A DNA stretch of 64,000 nt from Phoronis australis (GCA_002633005.1 NMRA01000748.1:97785-161784), one strand, 5' to 3'. Shown: positions 38,840 to 52,760, counted from the stretch's first letter. Notes: a model not told the origin generated them from the sequence alone. Made by a program: numbers and translations.

Positions 38840-40751
38840 GTCTAAATCACGCCAAGATTGAACGCTCCTTGTTCGCCTTCCACTGTTTTGTATGGGCGGT
38901 AAACTGCATTGTGGGATATTATCTAGTTTGTGTTCCCCAACACCATGTCACGGTGTCAAAGGTCAACTTTTCGCGGATTTTTTTTAATTTTCGCTTTTTA
39001 ACGTAACTTCAGACACAATAACATGATAATTGGAAGAAGATATATCCAACTAATAATATCTTGAAAATATTATTACAATTTAACATACTTAGACCTTGCA
39101 ATTTACACTTTAAGCTCATCGGCTAAGACGTTCAACACAATCTGCTTCAAAGTCGCCATACTGGATCGCACAGTGAGCGCTCACAGCTGTTCAGGAGCTA
39201 TTCCTTGTGTTCGCGAGTACACGCTAGCGGGCGCTCACTCTGTTGAACACGCTTCTGGTGCAACAGGTTTGTGTAATGTTATTCTTTGTGTTGGAAAGCA
39301 CTTATTTTGGTGTCATTGAAACTATGTTTTTAATTGACTTTCACCTAAGGCAATATTCACAGAAACCCTAAAGCTAATCTCCCTTCTAATGGTAGTACAG
39401 CGCCTCATTTGGAACGGCTTCATACAGAATTATACAGTTTCACTTGAACAATTGTAATACAATGGTCACATATTTTCTTCTTTTTTAAAGAAATCTGCAT
39501 TATGTAAAAATTATCTAACCTGCGTTCAAAATGGCGCATACTAGGAATTTCCAAAACCCTGAGTAACTGTGTTACAACTCAACCAAGAAATCTCAAAACA
39601 TCTATTTTGTTCAGGAAATAATAGGTCCAATCTAACTCTTGAATGCACTATGATTATTCTGGGACTGAACAGAGACTTTCATTGACTCCTTCTACACTCC
39701 AAATTGCACTTTTGCTGGACTGCATACAATCTACAACCTTTACCTGAAGCAACTACGTCCTCAGGGAATTTCCAGCGTCACACGTCAAAGTCACGGGACA
39801 ATTTATCACTATTAGTTTCTCTTTCGAACCTCCTAAAATTTGAAACATCTGACAGTACATGTAACAAAGAATTTTTCTTCAATTTAAATTTCTAAAAGTT
39901 TGAACGTGTACCATCTATACTTTTTGACTACAAGATTCTTATGTTTAAGTATCACAATACCATAAGTGCCCACATTAGGATTGTCTACATGCACTTCAAT
40001 ATGATTCATATAATTACGACACTTGGCGAAAAGACCAAACAGTGAATAGAAAAGACCCGACAGAGTGATAACCATTCTGTATCACTAAAATTTCATTCAG
40101 TTACAGCTTTTTATCTGCAAAACTTACACACCACATAAGCACGAACAAAAAAGTTGCTGTAGCTGAGTGGTTTGGTTAACCTTTTAAAGATCTGGGGTTG
40201 TAACTTTCAGTATCAGTCAATAGATACGGTAACAACATTTACACAAACCTAAGGTAATCAGTGAGGTCATACCCAAAGAGGGTTGAATAGGGTAATTTTA
40301 CGCGACTAACAATGGAAAGACCTGTTCCACACAAGAACAAGGCAGAGTATTGATAGGAATGCAATCAGCATAAATATGAGGGGAGGTCATATTTCAAATC
40401 ATGAACTAAGGGGAGCAGCAGCAGTCATTAACCCCGGTTGAAAAACGATGCCAGTCACATAAAATTTAAAATGAATAGACTTGAATGTCCATTCTTCAAG
40501 CTGTTTGATAAATAGAGAGGCAGATGCAAAAAGAGACATCAGAACATTACAAGAGCAATGCAGAGATTCGATATGCACCAAATTTGTGCATCGCATACAG
40601 CACAGACACACGAGATGATCATTATTTTAAACATTCTCAATAAAGGCAGGAAAACTAGAAAATTTCAAATATCTTATAGAAGGTGCAAAGTCAGCAATGC
40701 TATCCTCAACATGAACATAGCTGTACACATACAGTGTGGGCATGGTAAATA

Positions 40752-41135
40752 TGTATTTGCATGACCATAACTATGCTAATGTATTGCAGGAACTTAACGA
40801 CAACGCTACTTGAACATCGTCTACGCTAAACGAAGTGCAGTTGGATTCATTGACAACTTGTATGTGAAAACAAAAAAATTCTGCTAATAGGTGACCTTTT
40901 CACTTATGTCATACCGGGGGCTCACATAGCTGCGTCATGCAGTGTTATTCTCCAACACCAAGTCACTATACTTAATGGACATGATAGAGTGATTTACAGC
41001 AGATCATTTCAACACAAAACTCAGTATTAAAGACATTTGGCAATTTTCAACGTACTTCGTATTCACATCTTCACTATGTGTTGTGTTCCTAACTAATTTG
41101 ACCAAGAAGTCACAAAGATAAGGAATTAGCACGCA
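40752..41135 (+). repeat. Dispersed ~380-bp repeat, copy 1 (copy 2 at ~52761-53125)
   Basis: Colinear blocks gtatttgcatg..taactatgctaatgtat.gcaggaac, aagtgcagttg.attcattgaca, aataggtgaccttt, acatttggcaattttcaacgtacttc. Confidence 0.85.
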
Positions 41136-43836
41136 AATTCCATGACAGCGTCAAAAGGTCGACTATAGGGTCACCAACTCAGATCTCGAAAAAAATTGTG
41201 TGTAGTTCATACATCCTGATGGGATAAGTTCAAAATGTTTACATGAACCTTTTGCGCCATCATGAATGTTTCGGCCCAAAATAACACATTTTGGTTCAAA
41301 AATGTTCAGTTAGTGAAGTTGTTTTAAAACGACTTTGAAGAAGGGGAAAGAAGAACTCTTTATGTTTGTGTAGACATTGAACCTATCAGAAGACAATCTT
41401 CGCATTCGTAAAGGAGTTTTCGTTAACCTTCACTGGAGTGTCAAAATTTAATTTTGGGTATTTGATTTTTAGACATTTTTAAGTGTTCTGGAAGCCAGTT
41501 TGCGTGGTGCTGGTAGTTTCCAATATTTTTCATCAGTTTGTTGTCTGACTAAGAAAACAAAATAATAAAAGATGGGCATATTGTTTGTTTTCAAGCAACA
41601 GCCAATAGACATACCATCGTGTATTTCACAGTGCCTGACTATGGGCAGTATGCAGCTGCATCTGATAAACCTCATAAAGGGGCTTCATTAATTTTTGCAA
41701 ATATGTTTCTATCGTCGACGTCAATTTTTAGATATATCGACTGCTGCTGGCCCCTGGTGTCAGTTTCTATTAATAGATTTCAATGGTGGAATTTAAGGAA
41801 ATTTGGCCAAACTGTTTCCATCGAGGAAACGACAGAACATGTATATTTAAGAACGTTTCAATATTAATCTAATGTTCTGTCACAATATTTTGTTTTCTTT
41901 CTACTATGGTACCTGGGGATGACTTGGTTAATATCGAAACCTCATTTACATACTGCACGATAGCTTGTGTATTTTGTTTTGCACTTCTTTTAATTTCTTT
42001 ACATGCATGTTTTTCGAGTGGTACCACATCAGTGACAGGTTTAGGAGTTTGGAAACCCCTCATATGTCTAACCTATGAAGCTATGAGGTAGGAGTCAAGT
42101 AAGCTTCACACTTCATAATCCAAATGTAACCCATTTGCGTAGACCAAGTACGATTTTTCAACTTTTGTTGTTTTGATATATCTTGAAGTGGAAAGTAACT
42201 GGTAACAAAACATAAAACAAATAGAACAATTTATGTGAGAAATTTAGAAAAAACATGTGTCTTTCAAACAAAAATGATTTTCGAACAATTTCAGCAGTAG
42301 CATAGTGCAAGGTGGGCTCTTCAAAATGAATTTTAAATAGAATATTCATAATAGCTATGGCACAAGCACTGGAAAATTGTACGAAACTGCTTTTTTGTAG
42401 CAGCGTGTCTACAAATGTACTTAGTTAAATCTTCATCAATGACAACATATCCAGTTCAACATGTCCTTCAGTTCAGAAAAGTTTTCATGTTGTCCAATGT
42501 GAATTGTGAGCACTTTAACTACTCATTGAGTTAGTTGCACCTATGTGATTAAATTCTGGTGTAAACTCTTGGATTGTACAGAATAAGAGTGGGTTTCCAC
42601 CCCAGAACCGTATTCCATATATGTTACATACTGTCATAGTCAACCTGGGTTTTCAATTACAGTTCTACCACTTTGGTTAAACACTCGGATAAGTGAATGT
42701 GAACTTCTGGAGCAACATGGCAGCTTGATAACATGTTCTACTGACTGGCCAAATCCCAGTGACAGCTTCAGATAACCAACTCATGCAGTTGCTGGGGCTT
42801 TATTTGCGGCATACAAGGGACATGAGAGGTAGAGAGAAACCTCTTTTTACATCAAGGATGCACATAATTGAAGTGTAATGTGAATACGCAATACACTAAA
42901 AGACATCCAGTTAAGACACTTGCACCTGTGAGTGAGGCATTAGGAACCTTTCGAATGGCAAAAAATTTTACATTAGCAACACAAAAAGTTACAATTCGAG
43001 TACAATAACACCAAAAAAGGTATGCTTCTACGACTGTTTATTAAAATCAAAAATGGCCACCTAACTAAGTGATGCAGAATATGTCAAAGCTGGGCAGAGA
43101 TGATGGCAATGTGTACAAGTTGGTGCATAAGAAAGGATCTATATGTTCACAGCACGATCATTACGGCGTTCTCTCGTTCAGAGACTTTACTAGAAGTAGA
43201 GGGTAGTGAGCGTGTGATAACATTTAGCTCTTTGTTAACTGGTATGATAACAGACAGGCAAATTATCTATTGGGCTTATAACAGACCACATGAGAACACA
43301 GTCAAACCCAGATCCAATTGGTACATTCGGAAAGAATAGATTGTCATAACTTCGGTAGTTGTGGTTGGGCAATTTTGGCGATTCAAAACTAAACATGATC
43401 AGCATTTGACGGTACATTGAGAAATGCTACTGGTTTATGTTCAATTTTTTTATAACTTAACTTTTATTTCTAACAGCACAGCCTAGTCAGGTGCAAGATA
43501 AGATCTTATTGGGAATTAGAGCAATTATCAAACAAAAGAGAGATGTCCCTCCGTAAATGCCAGAATGGAGTCAATCAGTCGTGCAAGATATTGGCTACAG
43601 GGGTCATCTTCCCTACTTGTTGTTGGGCTATAGAATCGAACAAGTTGGGATCAACGGGAAAATGCCATAGTGTCTCAAGGGACCTTTTTCCTTGAATTAA
43701 GGGAACTTCACCAGGGTCGAAACTGACTGTGCCTGTCAGGATCTTCAATAATGTTTACCCTCCATTCCTAAGGACATGTTGCAAAGATAGCACGCAACAC
43801 GAGGCAAGGGCATCGTACTTATACATTACCGATTAC

Positions 43837-46800
43837 AACAAGAGCAACGCGGAGCGTTGAAATGCTCCCACGAATGCATCGCAAATGGTGTGCTTTTAGG
43901 GTTGTTTATTTGTGTCATAAAAATGGCCACTAAAAGGCGCAAAAAGGTACAATCTATCCAAAAACGGGAACATGTCATTGCTGCTTTAATAGAAAGCGAT
44001 ACACCAAATTTCATAGAAATACGTCACAAAACTTTAGAGAAACAAAGGAAAACAGATTAAAATGAAATTGCCACTAGGGGGCACAGTGTTCATTGGATCC
44101 GCCTGAAAGTCGTCATTGTCTGTTGTTAGCTTCTTATCAATACACTTAATAATTAAATTTTAATACAAATCCTGCTGTGGGTTTAGGAAATACAGCTATG
44201 GGCGCATAACAAAAAACAAAACTACCACTAACAGGCACCACAGTAGCCAAAGTTGTCATCGTCAACCGTCCTCTTCCCACTGAGAACATATACGCCAATT
44301 TTCAAAACCATCCTTAGAATGATTTGGTTCATAGAAGAGTAGACGCCAAAAAAGGACTCGAAAACAGCAAAAATGGCAACTAGGTGGCGCAAAATACCTT
44401 GATTTCATACGAAAACGGGAGGATAGCGTCATCTCATCAATAGATGCCCGTATTCAAAATTTTATGAAAATCAGTTGAGGACTTTTGAAGATACAGAGGT
44501 AAACGTAAAACTAAAATTGCCACTAGGGGGAACACCAGTAGTCAGATCCATCCGAAAATCATCGTCGACTGTTGTCAACATCACATAAACACACTTCTTA
44601 AATATTGTAAAGATCCAGCAAACGGTTTAGGAGATACAGCCATAGGCACAAAAAACGAAACTGCCACTAGGAGGTGCCACAGTAGTCAAAGTCATCAGAA
44701 ATCATCCTCACCAGTCCACTTCATAGTAAAAACATACATGCCAATTTTCACAATTATCCCGAAAGCAGTTTGGTTGATAGAGGGCTGGATGCCAAAAAAC
44801 AGACTCAAAAACCATAAATATAGCCACTAGGTGGCGCAAACTAGGTCGAATCCATCTGAAAATGGAAAAATAGCATCACCTCACTAAGAGAAGCCTGTAC
44901 ACCAAATTTTATGAAAATACGTTGAGGACCTTTGAAGATACAGAGGTAAACGTAAAAAAACAAAATTGCCACTGGGTGGCACATCAGTACTCAGATCTAT
45001 CCAAAAGTCGTCATCGTCCGATGTCATCATTATATAAATGCACTTACTAAATTTAGTAAACATTCTGCAAACGGTTTAAGAGATATAGCCATAGGCGCAA
45101 AAAAACAAAACTGCTACAAGGAGGTACCACAGTAGTCGAAGTCGTCGGAAAATCGACAACCGTTCAACATACACGCCATTTTTCACAATCATGCTTAGAG
45201 CGGTTTGGTTGACAGAGGGGTGGATGCTATAAAACAGACTCGAAACCAGTAACAAGAGCAATGCGGAATGTTGAAATGCGCCCACGAATGCATTGCAAAT
45301 GGTGAGATTTTAGGGTTATTTATTTGTATCATAAAAATGGCCACTAGATGGTGCAAAAACATACAATCATCTAAGAACAGGAACATGTCATATTTCATAA
45401 TAATCTGTCAAGGAATTTCAGAGAAACAAAGGAAATCAGAATAAAATGAAATTGCCACCAGTAGGCACAGAGTCCGTTGGATCCGCTTGAAAGTCGTTGT
45501 CCTCTGTTGTTATCTTCATATAAATACACTTACTAAATTTAATAAAGATCCTGCAGTGGGTTTAGGAGATACAACTGTGGGCGCAAAACAAAACTACCAC
45601 TAGGAGGCGCCACAGTAGTCAGTCACAATCATCAAAGGTCGTCTTCACACTAAGAACATATATGCCAATTTTCAAATGATTTGGTTGATACAGGGGTGGA
45701 CGCCAAAAACAAGATTTGAAAACACCATAAACAGCCACCAGGTGGTGCAAAATACCTCGATTCCGTCCAAAAACAGAAAGATAGCGTCATCACACCAATA
45801 GATGCCTATATTTGAAATTTTATCAAAATCTGTTGAGGACCTTTGAAGATAGAGTTAAACGTAAAAAACTAAAATTGCCACTAGGGGGCACACCAGTAGT
45901 CAGATCTGTCCGAAAGTCGTTGTCGTCCATAGTCAACATCATATAAATACACTTGCTAAATTAAGTAAAGATCCTGCAAACAGTTTAGGAGACAGCCATG
46001 AGCGCAAAAAAAAACTGCCACTAGGAGGTGCCCCAGTAAACGAAGTCGACAGAAAAACATCATCAGCCATCCACTTCATAGTAAAAACATACGAGCCAAT
46101 TATCCTGAAAACGGTTTGGTTGATAGATTAGTGGACGCCAAAACACTCGAAAACAGTAAAAATGGCCACTAGGTGGTGCAAACTAGGTCGAATTCATCTG
46201 AAAATGGAGAGACAGCGACACCTCATTAACAGATGCCTACATGACAAATTTTATGAAAATACGATGAGGACCTTTGAAGATACAGAGGTAAAAGCAAACA
46301 AAATAAAATTGCCACTAGGTGGCACACAAGTTGTCAGATCTGTCCGAAAGTCGTCGTCATTTGCTGTTAACATCATATAAATATACTTACTAAATTTCGT
46401 AAAGATTCTGCAAACGGTTTAGGAGATACAGCCATAGATGCAAAAAAAAACTGCCAGTAGGAGGCGCCACAGTAGTCGAAATCATCAGAAAGTCATCGTC
46501 AACCGTCCTCTTCATAATAAGAACATACATGCCAATTTTCACAATCATGCTTAGAGCGGTTTGGTTGATAGAGGGGTGGACGCAAAAAAACAGTAAAAAC
46601 GGCCACTAGGTGGAGCATACTATGTCAAATCCATCCGAAAATGGAAGGATAGTGTCATTTCATTAATAGGTGCCTACATACCAAATTTCATGAAAATCCG
46701 TTAAGGACTTTTGAAGATACAAAGGTAAGCGTAAAAAAATAAAATTGCCACTAGGGGGCACACCGGTAGTCGGATCTGTCTGAAAGTTCGCTCATGCCGT

Positions 46801-47327
46801 CCCATTCATGACTGGAACATATGTGCCAAATTTCATGAACATATGTCAAAGGCTTTTGGAGATAGAGCAGCGGACGCCGGACGGACGGAGATGACGGCAT
46901 AATGCGTCCACACATAAACATGTGGGTGCATAAAAATGGCCACTAGGTGGCACAAACTACGTCGAATCCATCCAAAAACGGGAGGATAGCGTCGCATCAC
47001 TAATAGATGCCTATTTACTAAATTTTATGAAAATATGTTGAGGACCTTTGAAGATACAGAGGTAAACGTAAAAAATTAAAATTGCCACTAGGGGGCACAC
47101 CCGTAGTCGGATTTGTCCGAACATTCGCTCATTCCGTCCCATCCACGAAGGAACACATGTGCAAAATTTCATGAGCATACGTCAATCGGTTTTGGAGATA
47201 GAGCAGCGGACGTCGGACGGACGTCAGATGGGCGCCGGACGGACACCGGATGGACGCTGGACGGATGCCGGACGGACAGAGATGACGGCATAATGCGTCC
47301 ACATACACACACGTGGGCGCATAAAAA
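43837..47327 (-). mobile_element. HINE-A, complete outer copy
   Basis: 3' end on the minus strand: subTIR gtgggagcat, hairpin caacgc-tcc-gcgttg, then CTCTTGTT (43837-43871). 5' end: GGAC-rich tract 47208-47278, IR 47293-47322, A-run. No TSD. Confidence 0.85.
45251..46936 (-). mobile_element. HINE-A, complete inner copy inserted into the outer copy
   Basis: It has its own 3' end aacaagagcaatgcggaatgttgaaatgcgcccac at 45251 and its own 5' IR at 46902-46931. The flanks rejoin to an intact monomer (cagactcgaaaccagt|aaaaatggccactaggtggc). Confidence 0.85.
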
Positions 47328-48149
47328 CGAAAAACTCATATTAACATCAAACCTTTATTGTGTCCCACAACGTATCAAAGTATCAGGACTATTAGTGTGT
47401 TCAGGATATCATGTACTTCAAAACATTTTGTGTCAGACTGTCAATGGGACAGCACGCATGTCAGCTCAGAGTACTCTGCATTATCACAGGAATTTTTTAA
47501 CCATTTTTAGGACATTTGAGACGTTTGCATCAGAGTTCAATATGCTGATTCATTAGGCTTTACGTATTATAAGTCTCCACACTGTTGTTGTGGTGGTTAC
47601 AATGTGCATGAGAAATATTCAATTTCGGTCATGGTCTTATATATTGTTCTTGAAGTCATTTTTTTCATTGAGATTTAACTGTCTGAATCTTGGAAATAAA
47701 GGACAAGTGTTTTCAAAGATAACGATTCCAAATTCGTCATCGCGCCAACTACCTACCCACTCGAGCTTTTCCAAGACCTTGTCAAGTTTTTACCCACACT
47801 AAAACACAGCGCCATCTGGTGAGCGAGGGAAGTCATGATGACAAACTTGTACAGCACAGTATACGACTGTAAAGGAACAAAAGGAGAATGAAACTCACTG
47901 AAGTTGTTGATGACAACAAATACTAAGAAATACAATCAACAACATGCTGTACTACAAGTTATCATCTCCCCCCCGTTGACAATAAGAAGTCACTTCTAAG
48001 TGTCAACTGTCACATGTTCAAAAGATTTTAATTAAAATGTGTCTTCCATGTTATTAGTTTTGCTCTCCCATTTCAAGTGATTTTCGGCAATCTGGGGGTT
48101 AACTCCCCAACAATTGGTATGTTACTATAGAGCCCACCATTACCTAGTC

Positions 48150-48990
48150 ACTAAATTGAAAAGAAAATCCATGAACAAAAACTTCCAAACAAAAGGTTAA
48201 ATCAATAATTCAAACAACCCAAAGCTCTTCTGGGACAGTGTTAAGTCATTTGAATGTGAAGGGTCAATCAGAAATAAGATAACATTTTAAAAACGGCCAA
48301 GAAAGTGTCAGAGTCAGCTAGCTATAACTTCATTAAATGTGTGGCATCAATCAGCTCCCAGTTTCCAAATGTAAGCTCTGACAATACTTTCACGCGTCAA
48401 CTCATTACAAAAACTCGAAATGACCGGTACAAAGTGTTCTCAATATCTCAGTTGTCACTGAAAAAGACGTCCTACATTAACGAGGTACAACAAATAATAT
48501 ATCGATGGGTTATGACTCATTGCATCCAAGATCACTCAAGTTAATGGAACTCATGTCTTATGCAAGTCCCTATCATATTCAGCAAGTGTATTGCCTCCAA
48601 CGAGTATCCCTGTACGCTGAAAAGTCAGGTTAGTCCAGTATTTAAGAAAGGGGGCCGAATGGATAAATCCTGCCATAGATCAGTTAGTGTGCTACTACTG
48701 CTGTCAACCGTTTACGTTTTTGAACGACTTCTTCTATACCAAATGAAACATTTTGACGAAATTTTGAATGCAAATGTATGTGCCACTCACAAAGGTTTCT
48801 CTTGTCAAGATGTCTTATTGCATCTAACTGAAGATGTACGGTTAGCACCGGACAACAATCTATTTTCAGGGTCCATTCTCTAATTGATCTCTCTAAGGCA
48901 TTTGATTGGCTTCCTCGTGAGTTCTGTTGCTAAACGCAAAGCATATTCCATATCATATCTGAGTGAGAAGAAGATGAGAATAAAAGTTGG
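48150..48990 (+). mobile_element. Decayed CR1/L2-group LINE RT fragment
   Basis: IIFSKCI..YPCTLKSQVSPVFKKGG..DKSCHRSVSVL...VFERLL...KGFSCQDVLLHLTED...DNN..GSIL*IDLSKAFD. Confidence 0.85.
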
Positions 48991-51900
48991 CACTACAGTT
49001 GATTTACTCGTTTACTTAAAACTGTGCTCTTAAAAACTTAATGTTAATAATTGCATAGTTCGCCAACATCTTGTTTGATTTTAAATGATAAATTCTCTAC
49101 AAAACTGAATTTGTGACAAAAAAGGTGAGCTGAGTGAGCTTTAAGAGCAAATTTTCCGAATGAATCCCCATGAGTGTTTCATCAGGTGGTCTTCTCTACA
49201 GAAAATCCTGGTGTCACATTGAAAACTTTGATTGGCTGCTGTTTACAGTTTAACCTTCAATCCGTCCAAATAACTGAAGATAAAGGAGCATGTAATCATG
49301 CACATCACTTATTTCCAGTTCAAACCTTGCCTGAATTCTGGTGCTTCCCTCCTGGTCTTCTTTACTTATGCCGTGTTGGTCTATACCATGTTTCAAAAAA
49401 TCAAAATCTGCAGTTTCCATGGCTTTGCTGGCTACTGATCACCTAGCGGCACGCATTGAACCAGCGTGCCGCGGCTAAGAACGCCTGCCGTGTGCCTGTG
49501 GCTGTGCCAAGTCAAGTGCCGAGTCAGTGGTTGGAAGGCTTTGGAAGCAATTACTGAAAGCAATATGCAATGCTGTTCGATTAAGCAACAAGCAGACAGT
49601 TTACTCTTTCCATTATAGCTGGCGTATCGCGCTACATTTTAAACAAGCTATGCTGACATGTACCAGTAAATAATACCTTTACAGTTCCACACAGCAAAAG
49701 TTTTGAATTTAGCGCTGATGTACAAGCAACCACCTTTGACCTTGACATTAGTATACTAAAGAGCGTCATCTGGTGTGCGTCTCGTGTAATACGCGTGTTC
49801 AGGACATAGAACTTCAATCTGTGTAGCGTAATTCATTATTTTCATAAGTTTTGAACATGCGATGCACTTTTCTATGTGTCCCACGACCTACCCGCTTAAA
49901 AAGGAAGACTTCAGTTGAAGAGAAATCATGAAGCGGCAGCCAAGTCTTGAGGCAATGACACGTAGCCCGGCCTCCGGGCTGGCTGGTTGCCTCAAGCGGG
50001 GGGGGGGGGGGTNGGGGGGGGGGGGTTATCGGCCCGTATGCCTGTGGCTTTACAGAGACCAATGTAATTGCTTACCCAAATCTTGCTATGAATCCAGAAA
50101 ACATTTAGCGTTGTGGCCCTCAAACCAAGAGGAGGTTTACAGCACCGTCACGGATGATTGTAAGAGTGCAAATTTGTGACTTTAAGGTATGCATGAGTAA
50201 AAGCCATTTTAACACCCGACTCACGATATTATTTTGTTGTGATCACATTTATTTGGCTCCAACACATTACATTTCCAAGTCACGTGAAACAAACATGGTG
50301 CATCAATTACCGGTAATTAGAAAGTGTCACATTTACTTCCCGAACATTTAGAAATTGAACTGTTTTTAGCAAATTTTTGGGTAAATGTGAAATTTGGTCC
50401 AATATGATCACCATATTTATGTTATAGTGTTCCACTGCAACTGAGTGTATACCAGAGAACAAAATATTTGTTTTCACCACTCAATGAACATAACCCAGAA
50501 ACGGAAGACAAGACATTTCCATTGTGCTCTCCGCAAACAGAGCTAAACAATATGTTGTCATTTTCATTGTATGCAAGTAATTGTTGGTTAACAATGTTAT
50601 GTGAATTAGGCGTAATTTTGAGTCTTTTGCACAATAGAAAGGGAGTTTATCTACTGTTCTCCTTCCTGTACACGTGTCACAATCACCAATTTAAATTAAC
50701 ATTGTCATAAATATTTATCACTTGCTATCTGTTATAATGTAAGTAAAATTTCAGAAATGAAAATTTGAGAATTTTGGTAAGCAAATATTGTCTTGTCCAT
50801 TCTTAAGATCCTTGTATAGTGCAAAGATTACGCTTCTAATATATTGAAGATAGAAATTTAGGTGCAACTACAGTCGTCAAGCAAATCACACACACGATAG
50901 ACGCCCTTTGAATACCAGGTGTGGTAGAAAATCTATTTCGAATTAAACCACAGAGGGAATAAATAATATTGACATTCTTATGGCACATTTGAAACATCGC
51001 TTAAAACTTCCTTGTAGAGCAGACGCCATTTTTTAAAGAAAGCTGTTACCATCTTCCATTGAACTTATCAATACAAAACTGCTCTAACAGGGCCGCATAT
51101 GGCAGGTGAGGTGAACATTTTACTTAACTTTTAAAGAATTAATGGAAACACGAACATGGACCACTTTTAAACCACCATTATAGTGAATTTCATTTCGGCT
51201 GACTATTAATCTTCCCATTCCAAATTAAGTTCTTGGAATTGTCGATGGAAGGGGGACTAAAACAGGTGAACTATGTTTGGAAATATAATTGTCTTGTTTA
51301 CTATCATTTTACCTAAGCATTCTTCTTGACCAAGAACCCATTATTTCCCTAATTTTACAAAAGCTTGCCACTATAACTAGTATTATGCACAGAAGAAAAT
51401 TTCCCAAAAACATGAGCATTCCATTTGTTCTTAAGAGGTTTTTCGTCTTAACTGTTTTTTTTTTTCTTTAGTTATTTTTTTATTTTTTTCCAAGCAATCC
51501 AAGCACGTTTTGTTGTCTCCAGAAAACAAGTGACGCGTCGCTCCAGTGGCAACACTCAACTTCGGTGCTCATCGACGTTATTGGCAAGGGTTAATTACTG
51601 ATGCGACAATGGTGAACGTCAAATTACGATAGCAAAGACGCTTACGACCACGATGGAACTGTAGAAAGTTTTCCCGCTTGCATTGACGTTGGTGACGATA
51701 ACTCCGTGAGGTTTCTCAATTCAATTGAGCAATAAATGCGCTTTATATTTTGTTGTTGTTTAAGCGCTTTCCTGAGGTACTCTGTATTTACTAACTTTGT
51801 CACCATTCTGCATTTCACCTACGATTGATCATAGGTAAACTTGGTGATCCAGACCCACGCTAAACCTCAATGTACGACAAACAAGTTACTCACCGCTCCG

Positions 51901-52760
51901 CTGTTACGCCAAAGATTTATACAGCATCTTTGGCTCCACTGTTTTGTTTTCGCGGTTTACGGCTTTCGTTTACTTGGAGCTCAGATATATAATGTTTTAG
52001 TCTATCTGAGCTTGGAGCATATAAACAACTTGAATAAACATGAAACAAAATATCAAGGGTTGGTGACGTACAAGCAAAACGGCCCAGTGGTACTTATTAA
52101 GTTTGAGCTAGCAGCAGGACTAAAACGCGAAACTGCATGTCATGAGTGCACCCAGCCTAAAATTTTGAGATTCATGGCTTCAGAGCAATGAATTGTGAAT
52201 TCTTCGAATTTTGATAGTTCTTGCCTTTTTAGTGCACGTTTGTCTCGTTTTTATACTTTTTTCGGAATTTTTCTCTGAGGCGGACCTTTTTGCCCTCTTT
52301 GCCAAATGGGGGGATCGTTAGAGCAGGTTGATGGGCCTCTTATTCTGTCAAATTAGTTAACTATTCGTCAAATACCCCCAACATTTCCAGGATGTTAATG
52401 GATGCTAGTCTTCTTCCCTTACCGTTGGTACAGGCGTTCTTATTCACAGCGTACCGTTTCGTCAGTAATACAATTCTCTTCATACGAGCTGTAGTTCTTT
52501 TCTGATAAACCGCAGTTCCGTTGTTACACACGCTGTTCTCTTTTTGACCGAATTTCTTTCCTCATGACCGGTGTTCTTTTTCTCCCGAAGCCAAAATTAC
52601 CTTTCGAAGGACTTCTATGATTTCGGGTTGACTTACTTCACGGGTTAGAGCCGGTGCTTTTTATTCGAGAACAAAGCCAAGATCGATGTGTAGTAAAGTT
52701 CAGAAAGACGTAAATTCTGGTAAATATTTTTAAAAATAATACTGTGAACCATCTTATAGA

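Noticed and set aside
38186-38861. Long ORFs of 155-219 aa
   Set aside because: Artefacts of translating through the N gap.
49998-50025. Poly-G tract as a functional G-quadruplex
   Set aside because: It contains an N, so its length is unreliable; such tracts are common repeat-associated features.
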